From Sphingomonadales bacterium UBA6157 (GTDB taxonomy: Bacteria; Pseudomonadota; Alphaproteobacteria; Sphingomonadales; Sphingomonadaceae): a DNA stretch of 64,000 nt. The translations under genes and the position numbers were made by a program. Below are positions 49,377-59,711 of this stretch, piece by piece (within the stretch, counting starts at the first letter, position 1; every line of letters begins with the position of its first letter). The DNA lies in the NCBI GenBank assembly GCA_002423025.1, contig DIUN01000006.1, positions 6,903 to 70,902 on the forward strand. The letters run 5' to 3'. The notes under the pieces are model-generated. The model made no database searches. It was not told the DNA's origin and saw only the letters and a program-made list of their open reading frames with translations.

Positions 49377-49918
49377 TGGCGTTGGCGGGATGGCGCGGGC
49401 TGTTGGCGATGGTGCCGCGCACTGCCTGGCTGGTGCTGGGCGGCCTCGCGGCTCTGTTGCTGTTGGCACGCTGGCACGAGGGGCAGGTCGCGAAGGCCGA
49501 ACTGGTCGGGGCATCAGCACAGGCAGAACGGGACAGGACCGCCTTTACTCAGGCCTCCGAAGCAGCAGCAGCAGCTCAGCGCGAACTGGCGGTAGAGCTG
49601 GCGGTGCGGCAGCAGAAAATCTCGAAAGGAACGAATGATGCGCTTGCGGTTCGCCATGCCGAGCTTGCTCGTCGTTACGATGCTCTGCGGTTGCGCTGGG
49701 CGGATGCCCGCACCGGTGCCGGTGATTCCAGCAAGGGTGGAGCAAATGCCCTTTCCAGCGCCTCCGCCGGGACTGTTGACGCCGCTTGTGCGGCCCGCGG
49801 GTGGGTATCTCTCGACACTGCCGCAGCCGCTGCAGAAGCGGCCGACACAGCCATAGCCAAGGACGATGCCTGGATTGCCTGGGCGAAAGCGCAAGCGGCG
49901 GCCTGGCCGAAAGGCTAG
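49373..49918 (+). CDS. Rz-like inner-membrane spanin (i-spanin)
   Basis: N-terminal TM anchor (AWLVLGGLAALLLLA) followed by an Ala/Glu/Arg-rich predicted coiled coil. Contains a nested lipoprotein ORF in the +1 frame. Confidence 0.6.
   Translation: MMALAGWRGLLAMVPRTAWLVLGGLAALLLLARWHEGQVAKAELVGASAQAERDRTAFTQASEAAAAAQRELAVELAVRQQKISKGTNDALAVRHAELARRYDALRLRWADARTGAGDSSKGGANALSSASAGTVDAACAARGWVSLDTAAAAAEAADTAIAKDDAWIAWAKAQAAAWPKG
49635..49856 (+). CDS. Rz1-like outer-membrane lipoprotein spanin (o-spanin), fully embedded in the +1 frame of 49373..49918
   Basis: MMRLRFAMPSLLVVTMLCGC lipobox. The short mature part is very Pro-rich (PAPVPVIPARVEQMPFPAPPPGLLTPLVRP). RBS AAGGA lies 4-7 nt upstream. 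Confidence 0.6.
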   Translation: MMRLRFAMPSLLVVTMLCGCAGRMPAPVPVIPARVEQMPFPAPPPGLLTPLVRPAGGYLSTLPQPLQKRPTQP

Positions 49919-50439
49919 ACCGCGAGCGACGCCTTGTGCAGCTTGGCTGTCTCCACATAGCTTGCAGCGCCCCGGCGGTTCTGGGCTATCTCTGGTTCGC
50001 TTAGCAGGCGCAGAAGCCTGGCGGGGCGGCCAGCCCAGAGCTCGGCACGGCGGATGCGTTTGCCCGGCGTCAGCATGGCGCCGGCGGCGAGCATGCCGTC
50101 ACTTTCCACCACGCAGCCATCCATGACGATGGCGCCTAAGCCGATGAAGCTGTGATTCTCCAATACGCATCCGTGAATCATGGCAAGGTGCCCTATCAAC
50201 ACATCGTCACCGATGCTCGTTGCGTAGCGATTGGTCGTGACATGGACGACGCTGCCATCCTGGATGTTCGTTCGCGAGCCCACTGTGATGCGTTCGACAT
50301 CGCCGCGAAGAACGCAATTGTACCAGATCGAACTGTCTTCGCCGATCGTCACATCCCCAATAATTCTGGCACCCGGCGCAACGAAGGCGGACGGCGCGAT
50401 GAATGGCCAGCAATCCCCGAAGCGCAGGATGCTGCTCAC
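49915..50439 (-). CDS. Gamma-carbonic-anhydrase-like / hexapeptide-repeat protein
   Basis: GTG start at 50439 overlapping the argC stop (GTGA). Left-handed beta-helix repeats (IGDVTIGEDSSIWYNCVLRGD, IGDDVLIGHLAMIHG). Confidence 0.85.
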   Translation of the reverse strand: MSSILRFGDCWPFIAPSAFVAPGARIIGDVTIGEDSSIWYNCVLRGDVERITVGSRTNIQDGSVVHVTTNRYATSIGDDVLIGHLAMIHGCVLENHSFIGLGAIVMDGCVVESDGMLAAGAMLTPGKRIRRAELWAGRPARLLRLLSEPEIAQNRRGAASYVETAKLHKASLAV

Positions 50440-51479
50440 GGAAACAGCGGCGCTGCTTCCAGCCCCATGGTTTCGGGCAGGCCAAACATCAGGTTCATGT
50501 TCTGGATGGCCTGGCCCGAGGAGCCCTTCACCAGATTGTCGATGGCGGCGATGATGATGGCGCGGCCGGGCACGCGATCTGCAAAGACGTTGACGACCGT
50601 ATGGTTGGAGCCGCGCACCATGCGCGTCGCCGGCGCCAAACCTTCCGGCAAGAGGTGTACAAACGGCTCTGCTGCATAGCGACCGGCAAGCGTGGCGCGG
50701 AGGTCGGCAATGCCAGTGCCGGGCGCCATTTCGGCTATGCAGGTAACAAGCTCGCCGCGGTTCATCGGCACGAGGTGCGGCGTGAAGCTCACCACAACCG
50801 GGCTGCCTGAGGCAAGACTCAGTTGCTGGTCGATCTCTGGCATGTGGCGGTGATGCCCGATGCCATAGGGGTGCACGGCCTCGGCGACTTCTGGGAAGAG
50901 ATTGCCCTCCTTGAGGCTGCGGCCGGCGCCAGAAACGCCTGAGAGCGCGTTGATGGTGATGCGCTCGGGCGTGATGACGCCGGCTCCGAGCAGCGGCTGC
51001 AACGCCAGCAATACTGCCGTGGGGTAGCAGCCGGGGCAAGCAACCAGGCGCGCGGCGGGCAGGCTCGCTCTTGCGTATTCGCTCAGCCCATAAACTGCCT
51101 CTGGCAGCAGCGCCGGCGCCGGGTGCGCGCCGCCATACCAGTGGGCATAGACGTCTGCGTCCTTAAGCCGAAAATCAGCCGAGAGATCGATGATGCGCGG
51201 GCCAGAGAGCGTGCCGAGCAGGCTGGCCGAGGCCGCGTGCGGCAAGCAGCCGAACACTGCGTCGATGCTGGAAAAATCGATGCTCTCGCTAGGGACGAGG
51301 CGCGGCAGGCTGGGATAAGGCGCGAAGTGCGGCCAGATCTCGGCCATGGTTTGCCCGGCCTTGGAATTGGCCGAGAGAGCGGCGACCTCGATGCGTGGGT
51401 GGGTGAGCGCGAGGCGCACAAGATCGGCACCGGTGTAGCCGGAGGCACCGAGGACGGCGATGCGAATGGGCGTTGTCAT
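50436..51479 (-). CDS. argC: N-acetyl-gamma-glutamyl-phosphate reductase
   Basis: IAVLGASGYTGADLVRL Rossmann motif and active-site region VACPGCYPTA. Confidence 0.95.
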   Translation of the reverse strand: MTTPIRIAVLGASGYTGADLVRLALTHPRIEVAALSANSKAGQTMAEIWPHFAPYPSLPRLVPSESIDFSSIDAVFGCLPHAASASLLGTLSGPRIIDLSADFRLKDADVYAHWYGGAHPAPALLPEAVYGLSEYARASLPAARLVACPGCYPTAVLLALQPLLGAGVITPERITINALSGVSGAGRSLKEGNLFPEVAEAVHPYGIGHHRHMPEIDQQLSLASGSPVVVSFTPHLVPMNRGELVTCIAEMAPGTGIADLRATLAGRYAAEPFVHLLPEGLAPATRMVRGSNHTVVNVFADRVPGRAIIIAAIDNLVKGSSGQAIQNMNLMFGLPETMGLEAAPLFP

Positions 51480-51540
51480 GCCGTCGCGTTAGGGCAAGCG
51501 ACCGAGGGGTTCAAGCTTGCGCCGAAACTGCCGGGCTCTC

Positions 51541-52275
51541 TCAAGGCGTTTGCGGCTCGTCCCTGGGCCTTGAGAAATCGAAGCGAATACGTACCCATTC
51601 ACCGATCTGCGCCTTGCCGTCGATGCGCGGTGGCCGCACGCGGAATTGCCAGGCAGCTTGTCTCATGGCCCGTGCCAACCCCGAACCAGGGGGTGAGTCG
51701 CCGAGTTCCTGGCAGTCTTCGACTCGATAGTTCGGCACAGTGCGACAGGCGATCATGGCCCAGCTGCCTGGCGGTGCGCCGCGCGGCAGATAGCCGTTGA
51801 TCTCGGCATCGGTTGGCTCGCGTTGCCATTCGGCATTGTAAAGCGTTCGCCCGGCCGGGCCCTGGCTGGGCCCATAAGTTGCGGAACTGCTGGCGACAGT
51901 GCTGTCACTGCCGGCACTGGCTGCGGCTGCACTTCGAGCGCTGGGCAGCTTCGTGATGTCCACCATCGGCATCAGGCCAAGATCGAACGGCTTTGTTTCG
52001 GGCGGGGCTGGCGAAGGGGCAGGGGCTGGCTGGACGAGCGGCTTGCTGGCGGCTGGTGGCGCGGTCTTTACAGGGGCGGGCTTGATGGCTGGCTCGGCGA
52101 TCTGGCGCATCTCGAAAATCTTTTGCTCGATTTTCGCCTTTTGCTCCGGCGTCAGGAACAGCAGCATTGTCGCGAGCAGGGCATGCACGAGCAGAACGAG
52201 CAGAAATGCCAAGGCGCGGCGCTGGAACAGCGCGCGACGTCCGCCCGGCGAACCTTGGAAAATCACCGAAGCCAT
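51541..52275 (-). CDS. TonB-family energy transducer-like protein
   Basis: N-terminal TM ([19 protein letters not shown]), a Pro/Ala-rich linker ([31 protein letters not shown]), and a C-terminal TonB-like domain. Confidence 0.6.
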   Translation of the reverse strand: MASVIFQGSPGGRRALFQRRALAFLLVLLVHALLATMLLFLTPEQKAKIEQKIFEMRQIAEPAIKPAPVKTAPPAASKPLVQPAPAPSPAPPETKPFDLGLMPMVDITKLPSARSAAAASAGSDSTVASSSATYGPSQGPAGRTLYNAEWQREPTDAEINGYLPRGAPPGSWAMIACRTVPNYRVEDCQELGDSPPGSGLARAMRQAAWQFRVRPPRIDGKAQIGEWVRIRFDFSRPRDEPQTP

Positions 52276-52363
52276 CGTGGCAGCGCCTAGCCCGCGCCGA
52301 CACCAGCCGCAACCCGGCAGCAGGCGTTCTTGATGCGGCTTAACGGCCTGTCCTGCCCTGTTT

Positions 52364-53371
<1,008 letters not shown>

Positions 53372-53405
53372 TTAGCGCGGGTTTCGCCGCGTGTCATCTC
53401 CCACG

Positions 53406-54233
53406 TCAGTGGATCGGCACACCGCCAAGGCTCCGCGAGAGTGCTGCCGAAATGCGGGAGCGTGCTTCCGCTGAAATTGCCTTGCGGTGTGGATGATCGC
53501 CGGGATCGAACGGCTCGAGGAAATGCACCCGCACTTCAAAGCTGCCCTTGCGCTTGAAGACACGAAGCGCATTTTCCGGCGCTGTTTCCTCCCCGATCCA
53601 AGCCAGGTCTTTGCCGGCGTCATCAAAGTCCAGCAGGACCGGCTGAATCCACAGGGTGCGAGGCGGCGGCATCAGCACGGCAAACAGCGGCGCCTTGAAG
53701 GGCAGCAGGCTGCGGCCATCAGTGGTGGTGCCTTCCGGGAAGATGGTGACGGGCTGGTGCTCGGCCAGCGCGGCGCGAAGCTCCTCAACTTGCGTACCCA
53801 CGGTCATCCGTGCCGTGCGTGAGACGAACACGGTGTGATTGAGCGTCGCCAGCCAGCCGATCAACGGCCATTCCGCGATTTTGTCCTGTGCCACAAAGGC
53901 GGTGCCGGTGGCGCCGCCGATGACCGTGATATCGATCCACGAAAGATGATTGGCGACAAAGAACACATCGCCCGGCAGCGGTTTGCCGAGCACCCGTACC
54001 CGGGCGCCAACACAGCGCGCCGCCAGGCGAAGGAAGCGGCGCGGCCAGGGTGAGGGACGCCCCACAAGTCGCCAGAAGCCGTGCATCGGCAGACAAACAG
54101 CCAGCGCCGCCGCCAACAGTGCCACGCGCGCTGCGAGCCTCGTAAGGCCCAGCAGGCCAGGCCGTGCCGTGTCAGCAATGATGTTATCGGCCCCCCATGT
54201 CTCGCCGCTAGCCCAGCACTCTTGCTGCTGCAA
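53406..54233 (-). CDS. 1-acyl-sn-glycerol-3-phosphate acyltransferase family (PlsC-like); start uncertain
   Basis: HxxxxD motif FVANHLSWIDI and FPEGTTTDG motif. The ORF-track start at 54344 would overlap murI. In-frame alternatives are TTG 54233 and GTG 54257. Confidence 0.7.
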   Translation of the reverse strand: MQQQECWASGETWGADNIIADTARPGLLGLTRLAARVALLAAALAVCLPMHGFWRLVGRPSPWPRRFLRLAARCVGARVRVLGKPLPGDVFFVANHLSWIDITVIGGATGTAFVAQDKIAEWPLIGWLATLNHTVFVSRTARMTVGTQVEELRAALAEHQPVTIFPEGTTTDGRSLLPFKAPLFAVLMPPPRTLWIQPVLLDFDDAGKDLAWIGEETAPENALRVFKRKGSFEVRVHFLEPFDPGDHPHRKAISAEARSRISAALSRSLGGVPIH

Positions 54234-54274
54234 GCATGGACAGGGCCGCCCCGGCACAACTAAAGCGATGTTGC

Positions 54275-55066
54275 ATGAGCGCACCCATCCTCGTCTTTGA
54301 TTCCGGCGTCGGCGGGCTCTCCGTGCTCGGGCCAATCCGAGCACTGCTGCCGGGCCTGCCGGTGGTCTATGCGGCTGACAATGCCGGCTTCCCTTATGGC
54401 ATCAAGACCGAAGCCGAGATCGCGGCGCGTGTGCCGGCTTTGCTCGGCAGACTGGTCGAGCGCTATCGCCCCTGTCTTGTCGTGATTGCCTGCAATACTG
54501 CCTCCACCATTGCACTCTCCCACGTTCGCGCAGCGCTCGATTTGCCGGTGGTGGGCACTGTGCCGGCAATTAAACCGGCTGCGGAGCAATCCCGCACCCG
54601 CGTGATTGGCGTGCTCGGTACCGAGGCGACAGTGCGCCAGCCTTATGTCGACCGTCTCTCGGCCGAATATGCGGCGGACTGCATCGTGTTGCGCCACGGC
54701 TCTGCGGCGCTGGTCACGATGGCCGAGGCCAAGCTCGCTGGCGATAATGTGACGGCAGCTGACGTTGCGCCGGAGCTTGAGGGCCTGCTCCGCCAGCCGG
54801 GCGGTGACCGGATGGACATGGTGGTGCTGGCTTGCACGCATTTTCCGCTGCTGCTGCAGCAACTCGCTGCGGCCAGCCCCCGCCCTCTGGGCTTTGTGGA
54901 TGGCGGGGCCGGCATTGCCCGGCGGGTGGCCTTTTTGCTCGGTGAGGATGCCGGGAAGGGATTGCCGCAGCCCGGCCGCGCGGTGTTCACCCGTGCCGAT
55001 GCACAGGTTGACCGGCTGGCCGGGGCGCTTAAGAGCTTCGGGCTTGAGACCGTCGCGTTTCTCTGA
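54275..55066 (+). CDS. murI: Glutamate racemase
   Basis: ILVFDSGVGGLSV, VIACNTAS and LACTHFPLL catalytic cysteine motifs. Start at internal ATG 54275. Confidence 0.9.
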   Translation: MSAPILVFDSGVGGLSVLGPIRALLPGLPVVYAADNAGFPYGIKTEAEIAARVPALLGRLVERYRPCLVVIACNTASTIALSHVRAALDLPVVGTVPAIKPAAEQSRTRVIGVLGTEATVRQPYVDRLSAEYAADCIVLRHGSAALVTMAEAKLAGDNVTAADVAPELEGLLRQPGGDRMDMVVLACTHFPLLLQQLAAASPRPLGFVDGGAGIARRVAFLLGEDAGKGLPQPGRAVFTRADAQVDRLAGALKSFGLETVAFL

Positions 55067-55095
55067 GCGAATTTCTCTGAAAAGGCCCCAGCCCT

Positions 55096-55548
55096 GTGCC
55101 GATGACCGATGCTGAACTGCTCGAACGCATGAACAAGTTCGTGCCGCCTACCGCCATTCTGCTCGGCCAGGAACTGCTGGAAGTGGATAGCGCTGCCGGC
55201 CGCGTGCGCATGAAGTTCCAACCCGGCCCGGAATGCTGCAATCCGATGGGCAATGTCCAGGGCGGCTTTGTTGTTGCCATGCTGGATGATGCAGCTGCAT
55301 TTTCGGCAATCGTCAAATCCGGGGAACGCATTGCCATTCCGACGATTGAACTGAAAGCCAGTTTCTTCGCGCCTGCACGCGCCGGAGTGCCGCTGTTTGC
55401 CGAGGGGCGCTGTATCAAGCTCGGCAAGCGGATTGCCTTTATGGAGGCTGACCTGACCGACGAGGCCGGCAATTTGCTGGCCCGGCTCACGACCAGCGCA
55501 GTGCCGCTCGCTGTCAACACCAACCCCAATCTGGTGGAACGCAAATGA
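55096..55548 (+). CDS. PaaI-family hotdog thioesterase
   Basis: NPMGNVQGGFVVAMLDDA motif, typical of PaaI/4HBT thioesterases. Confidence 0.8.
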   Translation: MPMTDAELLERMNKFVPPTAILLGQELLEVDSAAGRVRMKFQPGPECCNPMGNVQGGFVVAMLDDAAAFSAIVKSGERIAIPTIELKASFFAPARAGVPLFAEGRCIKLGKRIAFMEADLTDEAGNLLARLTTSAVPLAVNTNPNLVERK

Positions 55549-56594
55549 CCGATATCGCCGTTGAACCCGAAGTCCTGATCGAGCGCCGCGGCCGCGCCCT
55601 GTGGCTGACGCTTAACCGCCCAGCCGCGCTCAATGCGCTCAACCACCCGATGGCGCTGAGCATCCACCGCGCTCTGTTCGATGCCGCAGCCGATCCGGAC
55701 ATAGAGCGTGTCATTATCGAGGGCGCCGGCGAGCGCGCGTTTTGCGCCGGTGGCGATGTCGCGCTGCTTGCACGCCGCGGCCGGGAGGACCGGGCGCTTT
55801 GGGAGCAATTCTTTCATGACGAGTATCGCATGAACCAGGCCATCGCTCGGCTGGAGACGCCCTATGTGGCGATCCTCGATGGCGTCACCATGGGCGGTGG
55901 TGTTGGCCTGTCCATCCACGGACCTTATCGCGTCGCTACAGAGCGTCTGCTGTTTGCCATGCCCGAAACCGGTATCGGCCTCATTCCGGATGTTGGCGGC
56001 ACGCACGCACTGGCGCACCTGCCCGGCGAAATCGGCACCTGGCTGGCGCTTACGGGTGCGCGGCTGAAAGCTGCAGATTGTGTTTATGCCGGAATCGCCA
56101 CGCACTTCGTGCCTGTGGAGCGGCTGGCCGTGTTGCGGGACCTGCTCGCGACGGGTGAGGAGCCGGTGGCCGAGATTCTGGAGACCCTGGACGCTCCGGC
56201 TGGCGAATCGGCTTTGGAAGCGCTTCGCGATGGCATTGATTTCCACTTCGGCCACGACCGTGTGGAGGACATTCTGGCCAGCCTCGACGAAGGCGATGAT
56301 TGGGCGCGCGAACAAGCCGCGACTATTCGCAAGATGTCTCCCACTTCATGCAAGCTCAGCCTGGCGGGGCTGCGCGCCGGCCGTGGTGCCAGCATCGAGG
56401 ATGCGCTGATTACCGAATATCGGATGGTCTGTGAAATTCGTAACGGGCATGATTTTTTCGAAGGCGTTCGTGCTCAGTTGATTGACAAGGACCGCAACCC
56501 GAAATGGCAGCCGGCGCGTTTCGAGGATGTGAGCGATGCCGATGTGGCGCGGCACCTTGCGCCGCCGGAGACAGGTGACCTGACGTTCGAGTAG
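55545..56594 (+). CDS. Enoyl-CoA hydratase/isomerase family, 3-hydroxyisobutyryl-CoA hydrolase-like
   Basis: RPAALNALN, FCAGGDV, MGGGVGLS, PETGIGLIPDVGG, and the long C-terminal HIBCH-type extension. Confidence 0.85.
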   Translation: MTDIAVEPEVLIERRGRALWLTLNRPAALNALNHPMALSIHRALFDAAADPDIERVIIEGAGERAFCAGGDVALLARRGREDRALWEQFFHDEYRMNQAIARLETPYVAILDGVTMGGGVGLSIHGPYRVATERLLFAMPETGIGLIPDVGGTHALAHLPGEIGTWLALTGARLKAADCVYAGIATHFVPVERLAVLRDLLATGEEPVAEILETLDAPAGESALEALRDGIDFHFGHDRVEDILASLDEGDDWAREQAATIRKMSPTSCKLSLAGLRAGRGASIEDALITEYRMVCEIRNGHDFFEGVRAQLIDKDRNPKWQPARFEDVSDADVARHLAPPETGDLTFE

Positions 56595-56701
56595 CCGGCG
56601 GCTGGCCAGCGGCAATTTTGCATCGGCCGGAGGGTCTCGCAGCATTGCCCGCAGCGCCCGCCGCCGCTAGATGTTGCGCTCGCTTGAGCGGATTTGCCTG
56701 A

Positions 56702-57157
56702 ATGACCACAAAACTCGCCATCGCTTCCGACCATGCCGGCTATGCGCTGAAGGCCGAACTGGTATGCGAACTGCGCCAGGCTGGACACGAGGTGCTCGAT
56801 CTCGGGCCGGATAATGAGGATCGGGTGGATTACCCGGATTTCGGTTTCAAGCTCGCAGAGGCGATTGCATCGGGCGCGGCGGAGTGCGGTATTGTGATCT
56901 GCGGCTCGGGCATTGGAATTTCGATTGCTGCCAATCGTCACCCGGCGGTACGCGCGGCGCTGTGCACAAGCGGACTGATGGCGCGGCTCGCACGGCAACA
57001 TAATGATGCCAATGTGCTGGCGCTGGGCAGCCGCATCATTGGTATCGAAGTGGCGCGCGATTGCGTTGCAGAATTTCTCGCCACCCCGTTCGAGGGTGGC
57101 CGTCATGCCGGGCGAGTCGCCAAGCTCGGCACCATCTTGAAGGACGCTTCTGCATGA
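56702..57157 (+). CDS. rpiB: Ribose 5-phosphate isomerase B
   Basis: [28 protein letters not shown] and [12 protein letters not shown] motifs. Confidence 0.9.
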   Translation: MTTKLAIASDHAGYALKAELVCELRQAGHEVLDLGPDNEDRVDYPDFGFKLAEAIASGAAECGIVICGSGIGISIAANRHPAVRAALCTSGLMARLARQHNDANVLALGSRIIGIEVARDCVAEFLATPFEGGRHAGRVAKLGTILKDASA

Positions 57158-58467
57158 GCACCAACCCCGCCAACATCGATGCCGCACCGCCGGTCGGCTT
57201 TTTCGAAAAGTCGCTCGCCGCTGCTGACCCTGCCATTGCTGCAGCTGTGGCTGCGGAACTTGATCGCCAACAGAACCAGATCGAACTCATTGCATCGGAA
57301 AACATCGTCAGCCGTGCGGTGCTGGAAGCCCAGGGCTCAGTGTTCACCAACAAATATGCCGAGGGCTACCCCGGCAAGCGCTATTATCAGGGCTGCGGGC
57401 CCTCCGATGTGGTCGAGCAACTGGCTATTGATCGCGCCAAGCAGCTTTACAATTGCGCTTATGCCAATGTGCAGCCGCACTCGGGCGCGCAGGCCAATGG
57501 CGCAGTGATGTTGGCGCTGACCAAGCCGGGCGATACCATTCTGGGCATGAGCCTCGATGCGGGTGGTCACCTGACGCACGGTGCGGCCCCTGCAATGAGC
57601 GGCAAGTGGTTCAACGCTGTGCAGTATGGCGTCCGCCGTGAGGATCACCTCATCGATTTCGATCAAGTCGAGCGCTTGGCGCATGAGCACAAGCCGACTC
57701 TCATCATCGCCGGCGGCTCGGCCTATCCGCGCATCATCGATTTCGCCCGCTTCCGTGCCATTGCCGACGCGGTGGGCGCCAGGCTGCTGGTCGACATGGC
57801 GCATTTCTCGGGACTGGTTGCGGCTGGCATCCACCCCTCGCCGCTGCCACACGCCGATGTCGTGACCACCACCACGCACAAGACGCTGCGCGGCCCGCGA
57901 GGAGGGATGATCCTCTCCAATGACGAGGCGCTGGGCAAGAAGTTCAACAGCGCTGTGTTCCCCGGCCTCCAGGGCGGCCCGCTGATGCATGTCATCGCCG
58001 CCAAGGCTGTGGCTTTTGGCGAGGCGCTGACGCCGGAATATCGCGACTATGCCGTGCGCGTCGTCGCCAACGCCCAGACGCTGGCGGCCCGGCTCGTGGC
58101 CCGCGGCTGCGCCGTTGTCGCCGGTGGCACTGATACGCACCTGGCGCTCATCGATCTCACGCCCAAGGGCCTCACTGGCAAGGATGCTGATGAAGCGCTG
58201 GAGCGTGCCGGCATCACCTGCAACAAGAATGGCGTGCCGTTCGACCCGTTGCCGCCAACCAAGACCAGCGGTATTCGCGTCGGCTCGCCCGCCGGCACAA
58301 CCCGTGGTTTTGGCCAGACAGAATTTGCCGCGATCGGTGACATGATCGCCGATGTGCTCGACGGCCTTGCGGCCAATGGCGCCGAGGGCAATGTTGCTGT
58401 GGAAAAGGCCGTCAACCAGCGGGTACGGGCGCTATGCGCGCGCTTCCCGATCTATCCGAACGCCTGA
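57154..58467 (+). CDS. glyA: Serine hydroxymethyltransferase
   Basis: [20 protein letters not shown], and PLP lysine region [18 protein letters not shown] overlap with rpiB. Confidence 0.95.
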   Translation: MSTNPANIDAAPPVGFFEKSLAAADPAIAAAVAAELDRQQNQIELIASENIVSRAVLEAQGSVFTNKYAEGYPGKRYYQGCGPSDVVEQLAIDRAKQLYNCAYANVQPHSGAQANGAVMLALTKPGDTILGMSLDAGGHLTHGAAPAMSGKWFNAVQYGVRREDHLIDFDQVERLAHEHKPTLIIAGGSAYPRIIDFARFRAIADAVGARLLVDMAHFSGLVAAGIHPSPLPHADVVTTTTHKTLRGPRGGMILSNDEALGKKFNSAVFPGLQGGPLMHVIAAKAVAFGEALTPEYRDYAVRVVANAQTLAARLVARGCAVVAGGTDTHLALIDLTPKGLTGKDADEALERAGITCNKNGVPFDPLPPTKTSGIRVGSPAGTTRGFGQTEFAAIGDMIADVLDGLAANGAEGNVAVEKAVNQRVRALCARFPIYPNA

Positions 58468-58482
58468 GCAGGGCTTCCGGGG

Positions 58483-58968
58483 GTGCGCTGCCCATTCTGC
58501 GGCAACGAGGACAGCCAGGTGAAGGACTCGCGTCCCACTGAGGATGTCAGCGCCATTCGCCGCCGCCGGCAGTGTCCGGCGTGCGGCGGGCGGTTCACGA
58601 CCTTCGAGCGCATCCAGCTCCGCGAGCTGACAATCGTCAAGAAGTCCGGCAAGCGCGAAACCTTTGATAGGGACAAGCTGGCCCGGTCCATCGAGATTGC
58701 CTGCCGCAAGCGGCCGATAGCGCCGGAGCGTATCGAGCGCATGGTCAATGGCGTCGTGCGCAGGCTGGAATCGATGGGCGAAGCCGAGATCGAGGTTGGC
58801 AAGGTTGGCGAGATGGTGATGGAAGGGCTGCAAGCCCTTGATCCCGTTGCGTATATTCGCTTTGCTAGTGTGTATAGGGATTTCCGCGAGGCGCGTGATT
58901 TCGAGACGTTCGTAGGGGCGCTTTCCGCCGTGCGGCACGGCCTGGACATGGATCCGGAACCGGAGTGA
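58483..58968 (+). CDS. nrdR: Transcriptional repressor NrdR
   Basis: Zinc ribbon [17 protein letters not shown] ... [16 protein letters not shown] plus an ATP-cone. Confidence 0.95.
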   Translation: MRCPFCGNEDSQVKDSRPTEDVSAIRRRRQCPACGGRFTTFERIQLRELTIVKKSGKRETFDRDKLARSIEIACRKRPIAPERIERMVNGVVRRLESMGEAEIEVGKVGEMVMEGLQALDPVAYIRFASVYRDFREARDFETFVGALSAVRHGLDMDPEPE

Positions 58969-59705
58969 GCAACTCTGCACCGGCGGTCATCCTCGTCAGG
59001 CCGCAGCTTGGCGTGAACATCGGGGCCTGTGCCCGGGCCATGCTCAATTTCGGACTGACGGACCTGCGGCTGGTGAGCCCGCGTGACGGCTGGCCCAACC
59101 CTGATGCCGGCCCTTCGGCGAGCGGTGCAGACGAAGTGCTGGAGAATGCCAGGGTTTTCGAGACAGTTGCCGAAGCCTGCGCCGGGCTGTCGCTCGTTTT
59201 TGCGACGACCATTCGCGGCCGCGAGCTGACTAGGCGGGTGGTGACCCCATTGCAGGCGTCATGTGAGTTTCACGGCCAGCAGGGGCAGGGTGGCCTGATG
59301 TTCGGCCCGGAGCGCACGGGGCTGGAGACCGAGGACCTCGCCGTGGCGCACGCTATATTGAGCATTCCGGTGAACCCGGCGTTCGGCTCGCTCAATCTCG
59401 CCCAGGCAGTGCTGGTGACGGCCTACGAGTGGTTTCGCCAGGCCAGCGATGCGCCCGACGACCAGATGGTCAACCATGAAGGCCCGGCACCGCATGAGGA
59501 ACTTGAGGGCCTCATTGCAGCTGTGGATGAGACGCTGGTGACCAATGGCTATTACAATCCCGTGCCGGGTCGCGCGGCTGCGGCCCGCCTGACGATGCGC
59601 AACCTGTTCACCCGTCCCGAGTTCAGCGCTGGTGAGGTGCGGACCCTGCGCGGCATTGTGCGCGGCCTGGTGCGACCGCGGCACAGTCCGCGCGATCAGG
59701 ACTGA
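58965..59705 (+). CDS. SpoU/TrmH-family RNA 2'-O-methyltransferase (TrmJ-like)
   Basis: [23 protein letters not shown] and GPERTGL ... [23 protein letters not shown] knot motifs. Confidence 0.8.
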   Translation: MSNSAPAVILVRPQLGVNIGACARAMLNFGLTDLRLVSPRDGWPNPDAGPSASGADEVLENARVFETVAEACAGLSLVFATTIRGRELTRRVVTPLQASCEFHGQQGQGGLMFGPERTGLETEDLAVAHAILSIPVNPAFGSLNLAQAVLVTAYEWFRQASDAPDDQMVNHEGPAPHEELEGLIAAVDETLVTNGYYNPVPGRAAAARLTMRNLFTRPEFSAGEVRTLRGIVRGLVRPRHSPRDQD

Positions 59706-59711
59706 GCGGGC

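Noticed and set aside
49915-51039. A 374-aa minus-strand ORF spanning the gamma-CA-like gene and part of argC.
   Set aside because: Only its C-terminal 174 aa (from GTG 50439) have hexapeptide-repeat character. The upstream part is an out-of-frame read through argC, which has its own unmistakable frame (50436..51479).
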